Below are positions 27,363-41,526 of a stretch of 64,000 nt of DNA, piece by piece (position 1 is the first letter of the stretch; every line of letters starts with the position of its first letter). Origin of the DNA: Octopus vulgaris (Eukaryota); NCBI GenBank assembly GCA_951406725.2, contig OX597821.1, positions 67,580,001-67,644,000 of the forward strand. The letters are read 5' to 3'. The position numbers were made by a program, and so were the translations under genes. The notes beneath the pieces are model-generated. The model saw nothing but the letters and a program-made list of their open reading frames with translations, searched no databases and had not been told where the DNA came from.

Positions 27363-27558
27363 TAATGTGTGTGTGTGTGTGTGCGTAAACATATATACGA
27401 CGGGGTTCTTTCAGTTTCCGTCTACAAAATCCACTCACAAGGCTTTGGTCGGCCCGAGGCTATAGTAGAAGACACGTGCCCAAGATGCTACGCAGTGGGA
27501 CTGAACCCGGAACCACGTGGTTCGTTAGCAAGCTGCTTACCACACAGCCACTCCTACG
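27112..27558 (-). mobile_element. SINE family A, full length
   Basis: Reverse complement of the family-A consensus. Confidence 0.9.
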
Positions 27559-27594
27559 TCTATATTTGGCAAAAGAAAATAATAATAAAAACAA

Positions 27595-27848
27595 GATAAA
27601 GCTCTTCCCCGAGTCATATAGACTCACAAAGCCGGTTTCCCAGTTTCTAATGCGTATATATTCCTCCTTGTACGAGACACCGGTCCGTCGCAAGATTATT
27701 CATTTTTGCCAGCTGAGTGAAACTGGAATAATGGGAAATGAAGTGTTTTGCTCAAGAACACAATGCTTTGCTTGGTCTTGGAATCGAAACTACAATCTTA
27801 CGGCCATGGATCCGACACACTAATCACTTAGCCACGCGCCTCCACACC
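27595..27848 (-). mobile_element. tRNA-derived SINE with V-domain-like segment
   Basis: Reverse complement: ggaggcgcgtggctaagtg...gtttcgattcc...ttgtgttcttgagcaaaacact...cttgcgacggaccggtgtctcgtacaagg. Confidence 0.6.
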
Positions 27849-28286
27849 GGGAAAATGCTTAGTCGTGTTTCTTTCGGCTCTTTTCGTTTAAATTCCATCT
27901 ATGTAAATTTTGCCTTTCAATCTTTCGGGACCGAAATATATACACCTGTTGAGCATTGCGGAACTAAGTAATCAACTTGTTCACTCCCTGAAAACTGCTG
28001 GCTTTGCGGCAAAATCTAAAACCATTAAAGGTTGTGAGACGGTAGATTCGTTAGTGCATCAAACAACGGTATGGCTACCATCTTATGACCTTCTGAGCTG
28101 AAATTCCGCTGAGGTCGACTTCACCTTCTTTTCGGGATCCAGGAAATAGGTGCCAGCCAAGTACAGGAGCAATGTAATCTGTAGGGTGATCCGAAAGCCC
28201 TGTCAACCCCTACCGAAAAGTAATAAGAACAATAGAGGAACAATATAATATCAAACACATGTACTGGTTTTAATATTCACTTTCAT

Positions 28287-28926
28287 AAAGCAGCGAGCTG
28301 ACAGAAACGTTAGCACGCCAGGCAAATTCTTAGCTGTATTTCGTCTGTCGTTACGTTCTGAGTTCAAATTTCGCCGAGGTCGAGTTTGCCTTTCGTCCGT
28401 TTGGGGTCGATTAAATATGTCAGTTACGCGTTGGGGACGATGTAATCGACTTAATCTCTTTGTCTATCCTTGTTTATCGCCTCTATCTTTAGTCCCCTGA
28501 GGGCAATACAGAAATAAATATATTCACTTTCATAAAGAGGCGAGCTGGCAGAAACGTTAGCACGCCGGGCTAAATGCGTAGCCGTATTTCGTCTGCCGTT
28601 ACGTTCTGAGTTCAAATTCCGCCAAGGTCGACTTTGCCTTTCATCCTTTCGGCGTCGATAAATTAAATACCAGTTACGCATTGGGGTCGATGCAATCGAC
28701 TTACTTCGTTTGTCTGTCTTTGTTTTTCTCCTTAGTCCCTTGTGGGTAGTAAAGAAATAGGTATTTCGTCTGTCTTTACGTTCTTAGTTCAAATTCCGCC
28801 CAAGATCGACGTTGCCTTTCATCCTTTCGGAGTGGATAAATCAAGTACCAGTTGCGTACTGGTTCGATCTAATCAACTGATCCCTCCCCCAAAATTTCGG
28901 GCCTTGTGCCTAGAGTAATAAAGAAT
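28287..28926 (+). mobile_element. SINE-B monomer plus dimer, delimited by a thrice-repeated 14-bp target sequence
   Basis: atattcactttcat at 28273-28286, 28520-28533 and 28927-28940. Confidence 0.9.
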
Positions 28927-29471
28927 ATATTCACTTTCATTGACACTGACGTTGTCACACATCGAGAAGGTCTGAATGAACACCATCATTTTCGTGACAC
29001 GAAATGATGCGGCGCCTTGTTCTGTGCTTTGGTGACTGTTGCAAAGGCTGCTGAAACAGCGTCCATCAACTGTTGGGTACTCTGGTATCGCTCTTGTGAA
29101 ACCCTTTCCTTGATAATAGAAAATTAAGACAATATTTACACATAGTGACAAGATTTTCGGACCACTCTCTATTTGTCCCCACTCCTAAGATTCGCTGACG
29201 TTGTACCAAAAGTGAAAAAAAGAAAAGATTATTGCTATTGCTTAGCTGTAACCAGTGAGAATCAAGCAGACCTGTAATCGGATGCATCATGGCCATGACC
29301 ACTATGAATTATTTCCTGTACCCAAATAATCCAGCACTACATTAAGCAGCGTATCTTTTTTTTAACACCTGTGAGGGGCGTAAGATTTAGCTGCTATTTC
29401 TAGCAGATTAATTTACACAGAATCCCCGATGTTGACTCGTTGTCGTTGTCGATACTGGGAACCGTGGTATG

Positions 29472-29685
29472 GCGCCAGCTGGCAGAATCGTTAGCACGTC
29501 GGGCGAAATGCTTAGCGACATTTCGCCCATCTTCATTCCCTGAGTTAAAATTTCACCTAGGTCGACTTTGTCTTTCATCCCTTCAGGGTCGATAAAATTA
29601 GTACCAGTCGAGTACTTGGGTCAACGCAGTCGGCTTATCCTTTCTCCCGAAATTGGTAGCCTTGTACCAACATTTCAAACCAATA
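29472..29685 (+). mobile_element. SINE-B, diverged
   Basis: gccagctggcagaatcgttagcac...tttcaaaccaat. Confidence 0.8.
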
Positions 29686-30279
29686 TTGGTATCCATGAAA
29701 GTAGCGATAGAGGCGGCGTGGTGTTGGTAGCTTTGTTGGCAGAGGTGGGGATATTATTGAGGCTGTTCGCTGTTTTCCCATATGTAATCTAAACAAACTG
29801 ACCAATAAATCCTAAGGCCTCCAACCACGACCATCCCATCGTTTGTATATTACTGCGCAATGCATCATCTTTACATAAGACAGTAATGTCTGATAGATTA
29901 AGATTTAGCAGTCATTTCTAAAGAGTGCAGGTCTGGACACTTCGTATGATTTTTCTTCGCATGGTTGTTGTTATTGATGTACTTGATGTTGACGTATAGT
30001 TTTGTTGCTGTTTTGTGGTAGTGGTGGAGGTTGTGGAGCCGGTGATGGCGACGGTGACAGTAGAAAGAGTGATAAATGTGCAAGAGTCATGCTTAGTACT
30101 AAGGGACAGATAACTATCTGCTGTTTTAGGTAATACCCAGGTTTGAAACTGTCCTAGATGTATAGGGTATAGATTAGCAGTTATCAATATGGTTATGTAT
30201 GTGTCTTGAATGTGCGTGTGCGTATGTGTGTGTGTGTGTGTGTGTGTGAAAATAAAGAATGTATGTTTCTTCTCTCTCT

Positions 30280-30296
30280 ATGTATATATATATATA

Positions 30297-30340
<44 letters not shown>

Positions 30341-30433
30341 CATATATACATACATATATACATACATATATATACATATATATACATACATATATACATA
30401 CATATATACATACATATATATACATATATATGC

Positions 30434-30466
<33 letters not shown>

Positions 30467-30725
30467 CATACATATATACATACATATATACATACATATA
30501 TATACATATATATACATACATATATACATACATATATACATACATATATATACATATATATGCATATATATATATATACATATATATATACATATATATA
30601 CATATATATATATATATACATATATATATACATATATATATACATATATATACATATATAAATTTATATATATATATATATAGATATGTGTGTGTGTGTG
30701 TTGTGTATGTATATATATATATATA
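30280..30725. repeat. (TA/CA) microsatellite with higher-order periodicity
   Basis: Seen directly. Confidence 0.95.
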
Positions 30726-31576
30726 TCTTTATAGAATACCAGTATCTGTATATGAGAATTTGCAATTAGTGCGTGCGGATATGTGTCTACATGTGTGTGT
30801 GTGTGAGTGTGCGCGCGCGTATGTCTTTGTGAGTTTGTATGTTTATGATTGATGATCACTTTTGATCTCTGTCCATGGACGATGAATGCTTCCTTGCATC
30901 GATAAACGTTTTCTTCGTCTTCACCTCCGCCGCTTCCTCTCGATCTTCCACACCTCCCCCCCTTCCTGCATTATCACCATTATCTGCTGCTACTACTACT
31001 CCTACTACCACTACTATCTTTTCTTTCCTGATTATACAATTTCTTCCCTCTATCCCTCTGGGACCTATTTCTCCACTATTTCTCCACCACACAGGCACGT
31101 CCATTCTCCTACCAACGCATAAATGCTTATACCTACACAAGACATGGTTACGAACTTCGTAGTTTGAAATTCTAATATCTAAATTTTTCTCATCATTAAT
31201 ATAGAATTCTTGCACTATTCACGTTATAAGTCATTTTCTTTCTATTGTTTTCTCTCTTAAAGAATAGTGTAGTAGTTACATTTTTAGTCGAAGTGTGGAG
31301 TGAAGTTTCGAATCCAATTAATGTTTAGTATTCTGAAGTACAACAATTTTGAAGGGAATATATTTACTTTCGTCATCTGTAATATAAATTCTCAATGTAA
31401 ATCATAAAGGAAATATTAGAATTTAGTTCCGTGCTGTATATTCCTATATCATTTAATATCTATTTGCATCATTTATAGTATAGAGGAACGTTTCTATATA
31501 TATATCTCATCGGTACAATTTTTGAGCGATTTTACGGATGCATGCGTGGGCACGCACACACATATACACATGCGCA

Positions 31577-32007
<431 letters not shown>

Positions 32008-32158
32008 TGTGTGTGTGTGTCTTTGTGCTTGTTCTCTGCCAAGGCTCGATAACCAGTTCTGGTTGGTTTACATCCCCATATCTAGCAGCTTGAGATCGAT
32101 CGAGTACTAAACTTAAGAATAAGTACAAGATGAAAAGATAAATATACATATTTATTAC

Positions 32159-32321
32159 AGGCGCAGGAGTGGCTGTGTGGTAAGTAGCTTGTTTACCAAC
32201 CACATAGTTCCGGGTTCAGTCCCACTGCGTGGCACCTTGGGCAAGTGTCTTCTACTATAGCCTCGGGCCGACCAAAGCCTTGTGAGTGGATTTGGTAGAC
32301 GGAAACTGAAAGAAGCCCGTC

Positions 32322-32372
<51 letters not shown>

Positions 32373-32592
32373 TGTGTGTGTTTTGTGTGTATGTGCTTGT
32401 CCCCCTAGCATTGATTGACAACCGATGCTGGTGTGTTTATGTCCCAGTCACTTAGCGGTTCGGTAAAAGAGACCGATAGAATAAGTACTGGGCTTACAAA
32501 AGAATAAGTCCCGGGGTCGAGTTGCTCGATTAATGGCGGTGCTCCAACATGGCCGCAGTCAAATGACTGAAACAAGTAAAAGAGTAAAAGAG
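32159..32592 (+). mobile_element. SINE family A, full length, young-looking
   Basis: Cleanest copy: aggcgcaggagtggctgtgtggtaag...gaaacaagtaaaagagtaaaagag. Confidence 0.92.
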
Positions 32593-32790
32593 TATATACT
32601 CACACACATTCATGTATAAATACGCATGTACTTATACATGAATTTATCTTGCTCACAGTCTGTCTTTCTGGTTGTACTTCTGTTTTTGTGTTTGTACTTT
32701 GGGTTTAACGTTCGAATCAAGTCAAAATCTACTACTCAACATTACAATTTTTGTAAATATTTTTCAACTTTCGTCTATTCTTTTTTTTAT

Positions 32791-33178
32791 TCTTTTACTC
32801 GTTTCAGTCATTTGACTGTGGCCATGCAAGAGCACCGCTTTTAAGTCGTGCAAATCGACCCCAGGACTTATTCTTTGTAAGCGTAGTACTTATTCTATCG
32901 CGGTCTGTTTTGCCGAACCGCTAGGTTACGGGGACGTAAACACACCACCATCGGTTGTCAAGCGATGTTGGGGTGAGACAAACACAGGCACACAAACACA
33001 CATATATATATATACATACATATATACGACAGGCTTCTTTCAGTTTCCGTCTACCAAATCCACTCACAAGGCTTTGGTCGGCTCGCGGCTATAGTAGAAG
33101 ATACTTGCCAATGTGTCACGCAGTGGGACTGAACCCGGAACCATGTGGTTGGCAAGCAAGCTACTTACCACACTGCTA
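32791..33178 (-). mobile_element. SINE family A, inverted relative to 32159-32592
   Basis: Reverse-complement match over about 390 bp. Confidence 0.9.
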
Positions 33179-34204
33179 CTTAATGTAATTCAGAGGGTAA
33201 ATGTTTAGCGCAGAGGTAAAGAATACGTACACCACCCGTTTTTTCGATGTAACAAAAGCTTTAACCCTAAACACCAGGTGTACTTATTCTTTACATTCGC
33301 CGTTTTTAGATATACTTATATGCTAAGTGTACTATATTAGTATTTTTTGTTTTTCCTCATGAGTAAACGCACATTACAATTATATTTATAAGTTATCAAT
33401 ACGATAGTTTCAAAGTTATATTAAAACCCACAGGCTTATAAAAAAAAAAGAAATATGATGTAAAATAGATGAGCGAAAAGGGGTATCCGCGTTCACCAAA
33501 AGTATGGTGACCTGTAAGCAAAAGTTTTTACACCAGGGTATTTCAATCAAACTAGCGAGGTTTTACTTTTCCTGACAAAATGAAACCATTACCTGCTGTA
33601 CAGTATAATTATTCTTACACGTAGCTAGTCGCTCTCTTTGACTAGTAGTCGAAAGCTATTTATACACAGAAATGGTGATAAACGTCTTCGTATTCGTAAT
33701 TCCTGATTTAGAATAATGTGTAACTTTGGCCTATCATTAGTATTGAACGGTTTGTACTATTCACGTGACTTGTCATTTATCTTCTATTTTTTTCCGTCGA
33801 GCAGGAGTGGGTGGGTTAGAGGAATTGTCGGAGGATATATTATAACGTTTTGCGGTATATGTTTTGGAGCTTAACGTTGTGAGTTCAAACCCTGCCGAGA
33901 CCAACTTTGAATTTTTTGCTTTTTGAGACAATTAAATAAAGTACCAGTCAAGTACTAGTGTAGATGGTATCAGCTAGCATTTTCCTCTCAATTTTACTGA
34001 CCCTGTGCCTAAATTAGAAACCTCTATTTTCTGTTGTAGAGATAATATAATTTTTTTCTCTTTTCGGTGAGAGGTTTATAGTGAAAATGACTGCTTGGAA
34101 GATATATATTTACCATTCAAAACCACACAAAATCTGTTTTTTCTTTATTTATCAGTTTCAGCTCAAAGCTGGGGCACCGCCGCTTTGCTACAATGTTATT
34201 ATTG

Positions 34205-34480
34205 AGAGCTCTGATATGTGGCATTTGATGTCGCTACCCTCATTTGCGCCTCCTGCTGTGAGGTAGGTTCATCTGGGACTCTCGACAGGAAGATATCCAG
34301 TTTTGACTTGAAAACGCCTACATCCACCTGTTTGGGCGAATATTAAAAAGTTGTAGGCCCTTGAAACCCAGGCTGTTGCAGTAAATGGTCCTGAAACGCG
34401 ACGGCTTTGCTGAGTTCTTTGGCAATGTGCAGTGGCGACCCGTTCTGGCATTTGTGTAGCTTTCAGTGCCAAAATTTGGC
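34205..34480 (-). mobile_element. 3' end of a CR1/L2-like LINE, internally deleted
   Basis: Minus frames give RTIYCNSLGFKGLQLFNI and VDVGVFKSKLDIFLSRVPDEP, typical LINE ORF2 C-terminal motifs. Confidence 0.7.
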
Positions 34481-35456
34481 ACAATCCCTTCCATTATCTT
34501 CCAAATGTATATTACTGCAACTCCTCTTAAAATCTTTTATCATTAGCTGTCAAAATTTTTGTCTCACTAACTGCGACATGATCACTGACAAGGTTCCACT
34601 GAATTGCTCAGTGCCAATGACCAGGTTACAGTTGGGGTGATGATATTCTCTCATGGCTAATATGTGTCTTCCACGCTGTAACTATTTTTTAGTTCCAACA
34701 TACGATCTTAGATCACATCACTTCCACCAAAGTTTAGAGTGACATTTCAAATTAAAAGTTAATGTTTAGTTTTTTTTTTTGTATTCTACTTATAAAATGG
34801 GTTGTTTTCTACCTTTATCTGAATTAATATCCAATGCAAACCATAGGGGAATATTTCAGATTTAGTTACAATTAACTATTCTTCATTGTTGTTCTTTTTA
34901 CCCTTCGTATGTATATGCACAGTTCGGCACCTTTATATCTCTGTAATAATACTCATAGTAATTTTGATTAAATTATTAATGCATATAAGTTGAAGTTACG
35001 ATTTTCAACAAATCGCGTCCTCCTGTCTTAAAGCAAAATACCTAAATGCTCAGTAATATAGTCCTAAGTACTCAAAAATGAGATGGCGACAACTGTGAAG
35101 CTTTTGTACTTAAGATTTCTGGTGACTCAGAGCTGGACTGAGGCCTACCAATTACCTTACCGACAGTAGACAAACAAAATATTAATAATTTAGGGACCAA
35201 ACCTGAAATTTGGAGGAAGGGTTTAATCTGTCAAACCAATTCCAGTACTTGACATGTACTACATTTTATAGAGCGGGAAGAATAATAGTATTGCTAACGT
35301 CGGAGTGATTTGAACTCGGATATTGTGGAGGCGAAATCTAATATTTACTGGAGACTGTCCGACGTTCTAACGATTCAGCCAATTCAACACTTGCGGCGAT
35401 AAAACATATAATAAAAATTTTTGAACTAACCAAATCAATAACAACACTAGCAATAT

Positions 35457-35618
35457 ATTGGTTTCATATTTTGGCACAAAGTCAGCAATTTAAAGGGAGG
35501 AGCTAAGTCGTTTACATTGATCCCAGTACTCACCTGGTACTTATTTTTTCGACCCCGGCGGAATATGAACTCTGGATGTAAAGACGGATGAAATACCGCT
35601 AGGCATTTTGCCCGGCGC
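35457..35618 (-). mobile_element. SINE-B fragment
   Basis: attggtttcatattttggcacaa...gaaataccgctaggcattttgcccggcg. Confidence 0.75.
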
Positions 35619-35709
35619 AACAATAGCAATATAATATCAATATCAACAGAAAGAATACCAGCCACAACACTACACCACTATCCCCAACAACAATACTGCC
35701 AACAAAAGG

Positions 35710-35923
35710 CAGTAAACCCTCGACTATCGCGGGTACACCCCCACCCGCGATAGGTGAAAATCCGCGAAGTAGAAACAGTACTGTACTGTATTTTTTTAAA
35801 ATAATTTTTATAATTTGTATGTATTTATTTCATTATAAATGCAAAACAACACCACGGAGGAATCTACATAAGCTTAAATAATAAACCGCGATAGGTGAAC
35901 CGCGATATGGAGAGGAATTACTG
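35710..35923. mobile_element. pogo/Tigger-like MITE
   Basis: CAGTAaaccctcgactatcgcgg ... ccgcgatatggagaggaatTACTG TIRs; second copy at 58855-59076 in opposite orientation. Confidence 0.8.
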
Positions 35924-36160
35924 TGCATTCAATAAGTCACAACCACCTCTGCTGCCACATTCTCAATAACAGTAACAGTACTGTACTGCATTTTTTAAAA
36001 ATTATTTTTATAATTTTTATGTATTTATTTCATTATAAATGCAAAACAACACGGAGGGATCGACGTAAGCTTAGATAATAAACCGCGATATGGCGAGGGA
36101 GTAATGTGCATTCAATAGGGTCACAACCACCTCCGCTGCCACATTCTCAACAACAGTAAC
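35774..36160. repeat. About 200-bp tandem duplication (part of MITE plus flank)
   Basis: Units start at aacagtactgtactg (35774 and 35974). Confidence 0.85.
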
Positions 36161-36647
36161 TTATTTCGGAATAGTACTTGTCAAGGAAGTGATTTGAACT
36201 AGAGCAACTAACACACGGACGTGCCATTCAGGACATTGAAAACACAAAAAAAAGTTGTTAAATTCAATTTAAATTTTAAGTTTATTTCTTGAGTTATCCG
36301 ATTCTTTTTTGCTATACAACTGCAACCTGATTGCTGATGCAGTTCCATGTGAGTGATTAGTTTTCAGTTGTGAAACAAAATTTTTGACACCTCATGAAAT
36401 AGAATTTAGCATTTAAAGTGAATTTAACAGCTTTTTTTTATATTATTAAATGGTTGAATGGTTCTTCCATCTGATATCTTATTTATCACATCGCTAACTA
36501 TTTCAGTAATAACGTAAGAAAAAAGAAATCGCCATTGACAACGACGACAAAACACCTCCGACATCATTATAGCCAGGATTAATTTACTTTAACAACTATA
36601 ACTATACTAGTAATACCAAAACTATTACTACTAATAACGTTTTCCAT

Positions 36648-36835
36648 TAAAGGCACAAGGCCTGAAATTTGGTGGAGGAGATCAGTCGATTACGCTGACT
36701 TCCAGTACTCAACTAGAACTTATTTCTTTGGTCCTGAAAGTATGAAAAGCAAAGTCGACCTTGGCGGAATTTGAACTCAGAACTATGAAGCTAAGCATTT
36801 TGTCCAGCGTGCACAAGATTCTGCCAACTCACTGC
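36648..36835 (-). mobile_element. SINE-B, diverged
   Basis: aggcacaaggcctgaaattt...aaagtcgaccttggcggaatttgaactcagaac. Confidence 0.8.
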
Positions 36836-36879
36836 ATTCTACTACAAGAACAAGGCCTGAAATTTGGCGGGAGCGGAAG

Positions 36880-38020
36880 ACAGGACCGAAACCAGCCGCT
36901 CTGAGGACAGCCTCGAAGTATCGATGGCCTACCCTATCGAAAGCTTTCGATTGATCCAAATTGATCAGGGCCACGCCCATGCCAGGTTCCTTAACTACCC
37001 TGTCTATGATGCAGCGCATCAGATGGAGGTTATCATGGATGCTCCAGACCAGCACGGCGCACGTTTGCGCCTTGACGACCAATTTCTTGATGACAAGCGT
37101 CAACATCTTGGCTAATACCTTGGCCCAAATTTTCAAGTCTGCATTAAGCAGAGTGATGAGCCTAAAGTTATCTATTACATCCTCCTTGTTTAGATCTTTC
37201 TTCAGCAGTGTTACGGCTCCTCGGCTCACAAAACCAAGGATGCTCCCGTTTTGCTGCCAGTTGCAGTACATCGCTGCCAAGCCGCCTCCAAACAAGTCTT
37301 GCATACAACTGTAAAGTTCGTAGGGTAGACCATCCAAACCCGGTGATTTTTCCCTCGAGTATTCTGCCATCGCCTCCCGCACTTCCGCCGCCGTGATGGC
37401 ACCTTCACAGCACCCTGCCTCTCTTGTCGAGAGTCGTGGCAGGCTGTGTAGATAGGCACTGAAGTCCATCCAACGTTCTTGCCCGCCACTCGTCCCGAAC
37501 AGTCGGGCAAAATGCTGTTGAAATGTCTCACACATTTTACTTGGCTCGAGTAATTCGCGCCCCTGTTCATCTACCAGAGACCGAATGGTGGCTTTGTTGC
37601 CCTGTTACGCCTCTGCCACCCGGGCCTCTCGCGCGGCTCCAACACCTTCGTTCCTTAGAGCACGCATCCTAGCTCTGACAACACACCATTCGTGTTTGGC
37701 GTTGAATTGTTGGTTGAGGGCCAACCTCGCAGCCAAAACGTTGGATGCGATGCAGCTTCTAATTGCCTCTTCTAGCTTCTTAATTAGCTCACCCTCTACT
37801 CTGTTATTATCTATGGCTAGTTCGAATATTGTCTTTACTTTGAGATCCAGACTCTTGCGAAAAAGTGCCGCGGTGCCACTACCGCCCATTCTCGGCAGAA
37901 AGGGAGAAAAATAAATGTTGAACTGTCCGCCAAACATGGTCTTTAGGGCCCGCGGATTGTGGAGTCTGGTCTCACTTATGGCTATGATTTCTAACTTGTG
38001 TGACTTTATGTCATTTAAGA
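36880..38020 (-). pseudogene. Tx1/L1-clade LINE ORF2 fragment (APE N-terminus, linker, RT N-half)
   Basis: LEIIAISETRL and GSGTAALFRK (APE); KSPGLDGLPYELY, NFRLITLLNADLKIWAKVLA, SIHDN, LINLDQSKAFDRV (L1-group RT); internal deletion. Confidence 0.9.
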
Positions 38021-38189
38021 GGTAGATAGATAGATAGACAAACAAAAGAAAATATATTATATATTTATTATAGACATCGTTGTATGTCTTCTTTTCAAGA
38101 AGGAGTTGAACTCGTGATCTCATCGTTAGTTCTACCACATGCCACGTGATAAAATACTAAATAAAAAGAAAGAAATATACATATATATG

Positions 38190-39374
38190 CACAGGCATGC
38201 TAGAAGTAAATAGACACGCCATAAAACATCGTTTTATGTTTATTCTAACTTGTAAAGAGCTATATTTTTTATTGAGTGACATTTTTATGTTTCAGATTCT
38301 ATATGTGACTGTTTAATCATGCCATGAACAAAATATGCCTTGGAACTGTCTGAATTTCAAAAAGGCCGTATTGTGGGTCATTCTGAAGGCGGACATAGCG
38401 TATAATCTCGCTTTCTACAGTTAATAAAGTGAGTGTGCAATTCACCAGAGAAGAGGAGTCCACATACCTTGCCCAGATCATCCAGAGCCCTCTAACAGGG
38501 CCCTTCTCTTTGATAAGAGAAGTGTAGAGGATAATCCTCGTTGCAAGGCCTCTGACATAGCACAAGAACTTGATGTCAGTTCCAGACCAACTGTCAGGTA
38601 TCTCAACAAACTTGGTTACTATGGCAGAGTAGCAAGAAGGAAGCCACTTCTTCAACCCGCCAACATCAAGCGGAGAACAGATTGGGCCAGCGAGATGGTG
38701 GTGAGGCCACTAGCAATTTAGGAGTCTGCCATATTCTCTTATGAGTCCAGATTTGTTGTATTTCCTGACAGTGGTCGAGTGGGAGGTCTGGAGACTCTGT
38801 AATTGAAAGTTTGATGTGAAAAGATTGCAGCCAACAATGTAACACAGCAGCTATTCTGTTATAGTCTGGGCAGCAATTTGGAGCAATGCTTGTTCAGAGT
38901 TGGCGAAGTGTGAGGGAAACATAAACTCAGATAAATATGTGTCCATATTGCGCTGAAATGATTAAAGACTTTTTATGGGGCTCCTTGTCACACGGCTAAA
39001 ATGACCTAGGATTTGTTGAATGAGAATGGCATTAAAAACCTTCCATGGCCAAGTCAGTCACCACATATGGACCCTATTGAACACTTCTGGAGCACCATTG
39101 ACAGGGCATTACATAAAAAGAACAAGAAAGCATCTTCAAAGTCAGATCTTTTGAGATTACTGCATGAAACATGGCAAGAAATTCCGCAAGTGAATATTCG
39201 TCATCTTATCAGCAACATACCTCATAGGGTCCTTGCACTGAAAAATGCAAAGGGCATGTCTACTAAATATTAAATTTTCACATTATAACAATAAATAAAT
39301 TGAATGAATAGTTTCGGATTTAAATAAATTTTAATGATTATAAAGGGTGTCTATTTACTTCTCTCATGTCTATG
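38190..39374 (+). mobile_element. Complete but decayed Tc1-like transposon
   Basis: TIRs cacaggcatgctagaagtaaatagacac / gtgtctatttacttctctcatgtctatg; transposase from 38319 (ELSEFQKGRIVG) through ARRKPLL to WPSQSPHMDPIEHFW, ending 39273, with stops and frameshifts. Confidence 0.92.
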
Positions 39375-40855
39375 TATATATATTAATGATTAATGGGATA
39401 GAAATAATTTTATGTATAAATGCGCAGCAAACATTGCTATAGAGGTCTCGCATTTAGAAGGTAAAACATAAGTATTTTTCCAAATTATTTAAACACGTAT
39501 TTGACTATAGAATAGAAACCTTGCTTCGATGATAATCTATCGCTGATATCTGGAACTCAACACCTGAATAATGTTTACAAAGAAAAAGATTTTTTGCAAA
39601 TGAAAACAGTGCAAGATTCTAAAGGAGGATTTCTTTTATTACTAAAGGCTAGAATGTCTGTTGGCCACATTTGTGAAGTTTTTTTAGTGCAAAGAGAAAT
39701 AACAGGAAGTCCAGATGGTTAGTCGGAGATCACTCTTTTTAGCAGCGTCTATTTGATAGAGATCTGCATTATCAACCGTGTCATAAAGCACTTCACAAAT
39801 ATCACTTGGTTTACATTTATAAACATATCAAAAACCATACGACCATTTTAAATGAAACGCTTATATCATTTCTGAATGCAAGTTTATATTTCTACTAAAT
39901 AACTTTTTCCCACCACTTCCTACACGCATTCTTTCCCCCGTTTATATCATATATCCCTCAGTTTATTCAATTTTTATCTGCCTTTGAAATCAGGAAAATG
40001 GTTAACGTTCTTAGAGGTATAAAAATGACATCACAGACATTTAGAATAGAAACGCTTTCGGTTTATTTCTTTATGTGTTTGTATAAAAACAAATTTGCAT
40101 TAAAAGTATCTAATACCCCTTTAATGAACGTTGTTTTAAACATAACGTAGCAGTTTTATGGTGACTACGTTTATGTTTTGCTTTATGCACTAACTGATTT
40201 TAAATACCGGTGAGAGGAGATGTACATATAAAATTCACAATATAATCACACAATTTTACGTTTGGATCGATAATTACACGTGACACTCAATGGTAAGAGA
40301 TATTAATGTGCGGATTCGAAATACGTTCCAAATAAATGATGTTCGGAAATCGTTCTCTCATCCATTCGTTTTGTTTCAGGCTAAAAATACGTAACCCTTA
40401 AGGGCTAACTCTACTGTGTAGACATAAATAGATTATTCATTCTGGAATCCACTCCATTCTCGAGTGGCGGAGATAACATATAGATTTAGCCAAGAATGTT
40501 GTTAACGCTCGTGTCGCTATCTAAATCGAAGACAATGAAAGGAATTCGACACTGCAAGCTAGTGAAACGTATGCCATTCATATTGTATTGTAACTGTTCA
40601 CAGCTGCGAATCAAACCAGCTTGCTCGTATCTACTTATGTTAGATGTGCTGGGCACCTAAATATGAAGTGTATTGGTGACAAATTCTGGACAATAAACCC
40701 TAATTAATCACATGGCTGCTTGGTGGTTTGTGGGTGGGTGCGTTGTTTGGTACACTCATCAGTCATTCTTATTTGGAAACATTGTTTTATATTTAAAGTA
40801 CTGACTTCAGATAACAATAGTATCGCTTTGTATTCGAAACCAGATTGACACAAGA

Positions 40856-40857
<2 letters not shown>

Positions 40858-40920
<63 letters not shown>

Positions 40921-40989
40921 TACATACATACATACATACATACATACATACATACATACATACATACATACATACATACATACATACAT
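40858..40989. repeat. (CA)n(CATA)n microsatellite
   Basis: Seen directly. Confidence 0.95.
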
Positions 40990-40994
40990 GATAT

Positions 40995-41370
40995 AATTAT
41001 GTGGGATGGAGAAGAGAAACTGTGCACAGATGCAGAAATTAGCTGCCCAGCGGATGTTAACATAAAGCTGAAGATCAGTGAAAAAGAGAACCCTTATTCA
41101 GATTGTAAGTTCAGGTTTATACCTGCAATTATTAGTGCCCTGGGATATCTAACACACTGCCTAAATACCAATCTTGAGAAATTAGGCTTCTCAAAACCAA
41201 AAAGGAGAAAGCTAATTCGAAGATTACAGATCCAATACATAACTGGAACTATAAACATCTGTAAAAATTTCCAGAAGTTTATCATTTAAATATATATGAC
41301 CATATCTACATAAGCAGGTATATGCATGAGAATACATACATAGACATACAAATCTGCATCTATATAAATA
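40995..41370 (+). mobile_element. R4/Dong-like LINE, restriction-like endonuclease C-terminus and 3' UTR
   Basis: WDGEEKLC..EISCPADVNIKLKISEKE..Y...FIPAIISALG fits the RLE PD-D/E..K..KY..P....ALG pattern. Confidence 0.75.
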
Positions 41371-41439
41371 CATGCATTATCACAACTGTCTCAGGAACGG
41401 TAACGTAGAACTGAGCATACATATATATATACGCGCGCG

Positions 41440-41475
41440 AACACACACACACATATATACATATGTAAATATATG

Positions 41476-41526
<51 letters not shown>

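Noticed and set aside
32155-32421. Recurrent peptides such as RASFSFRLPNPLTRLWSARGYSRRHLPKVP and [23 protein letters not shown]
   Set aside because: Antisense or sense translations of SINE A and B, not a gene family
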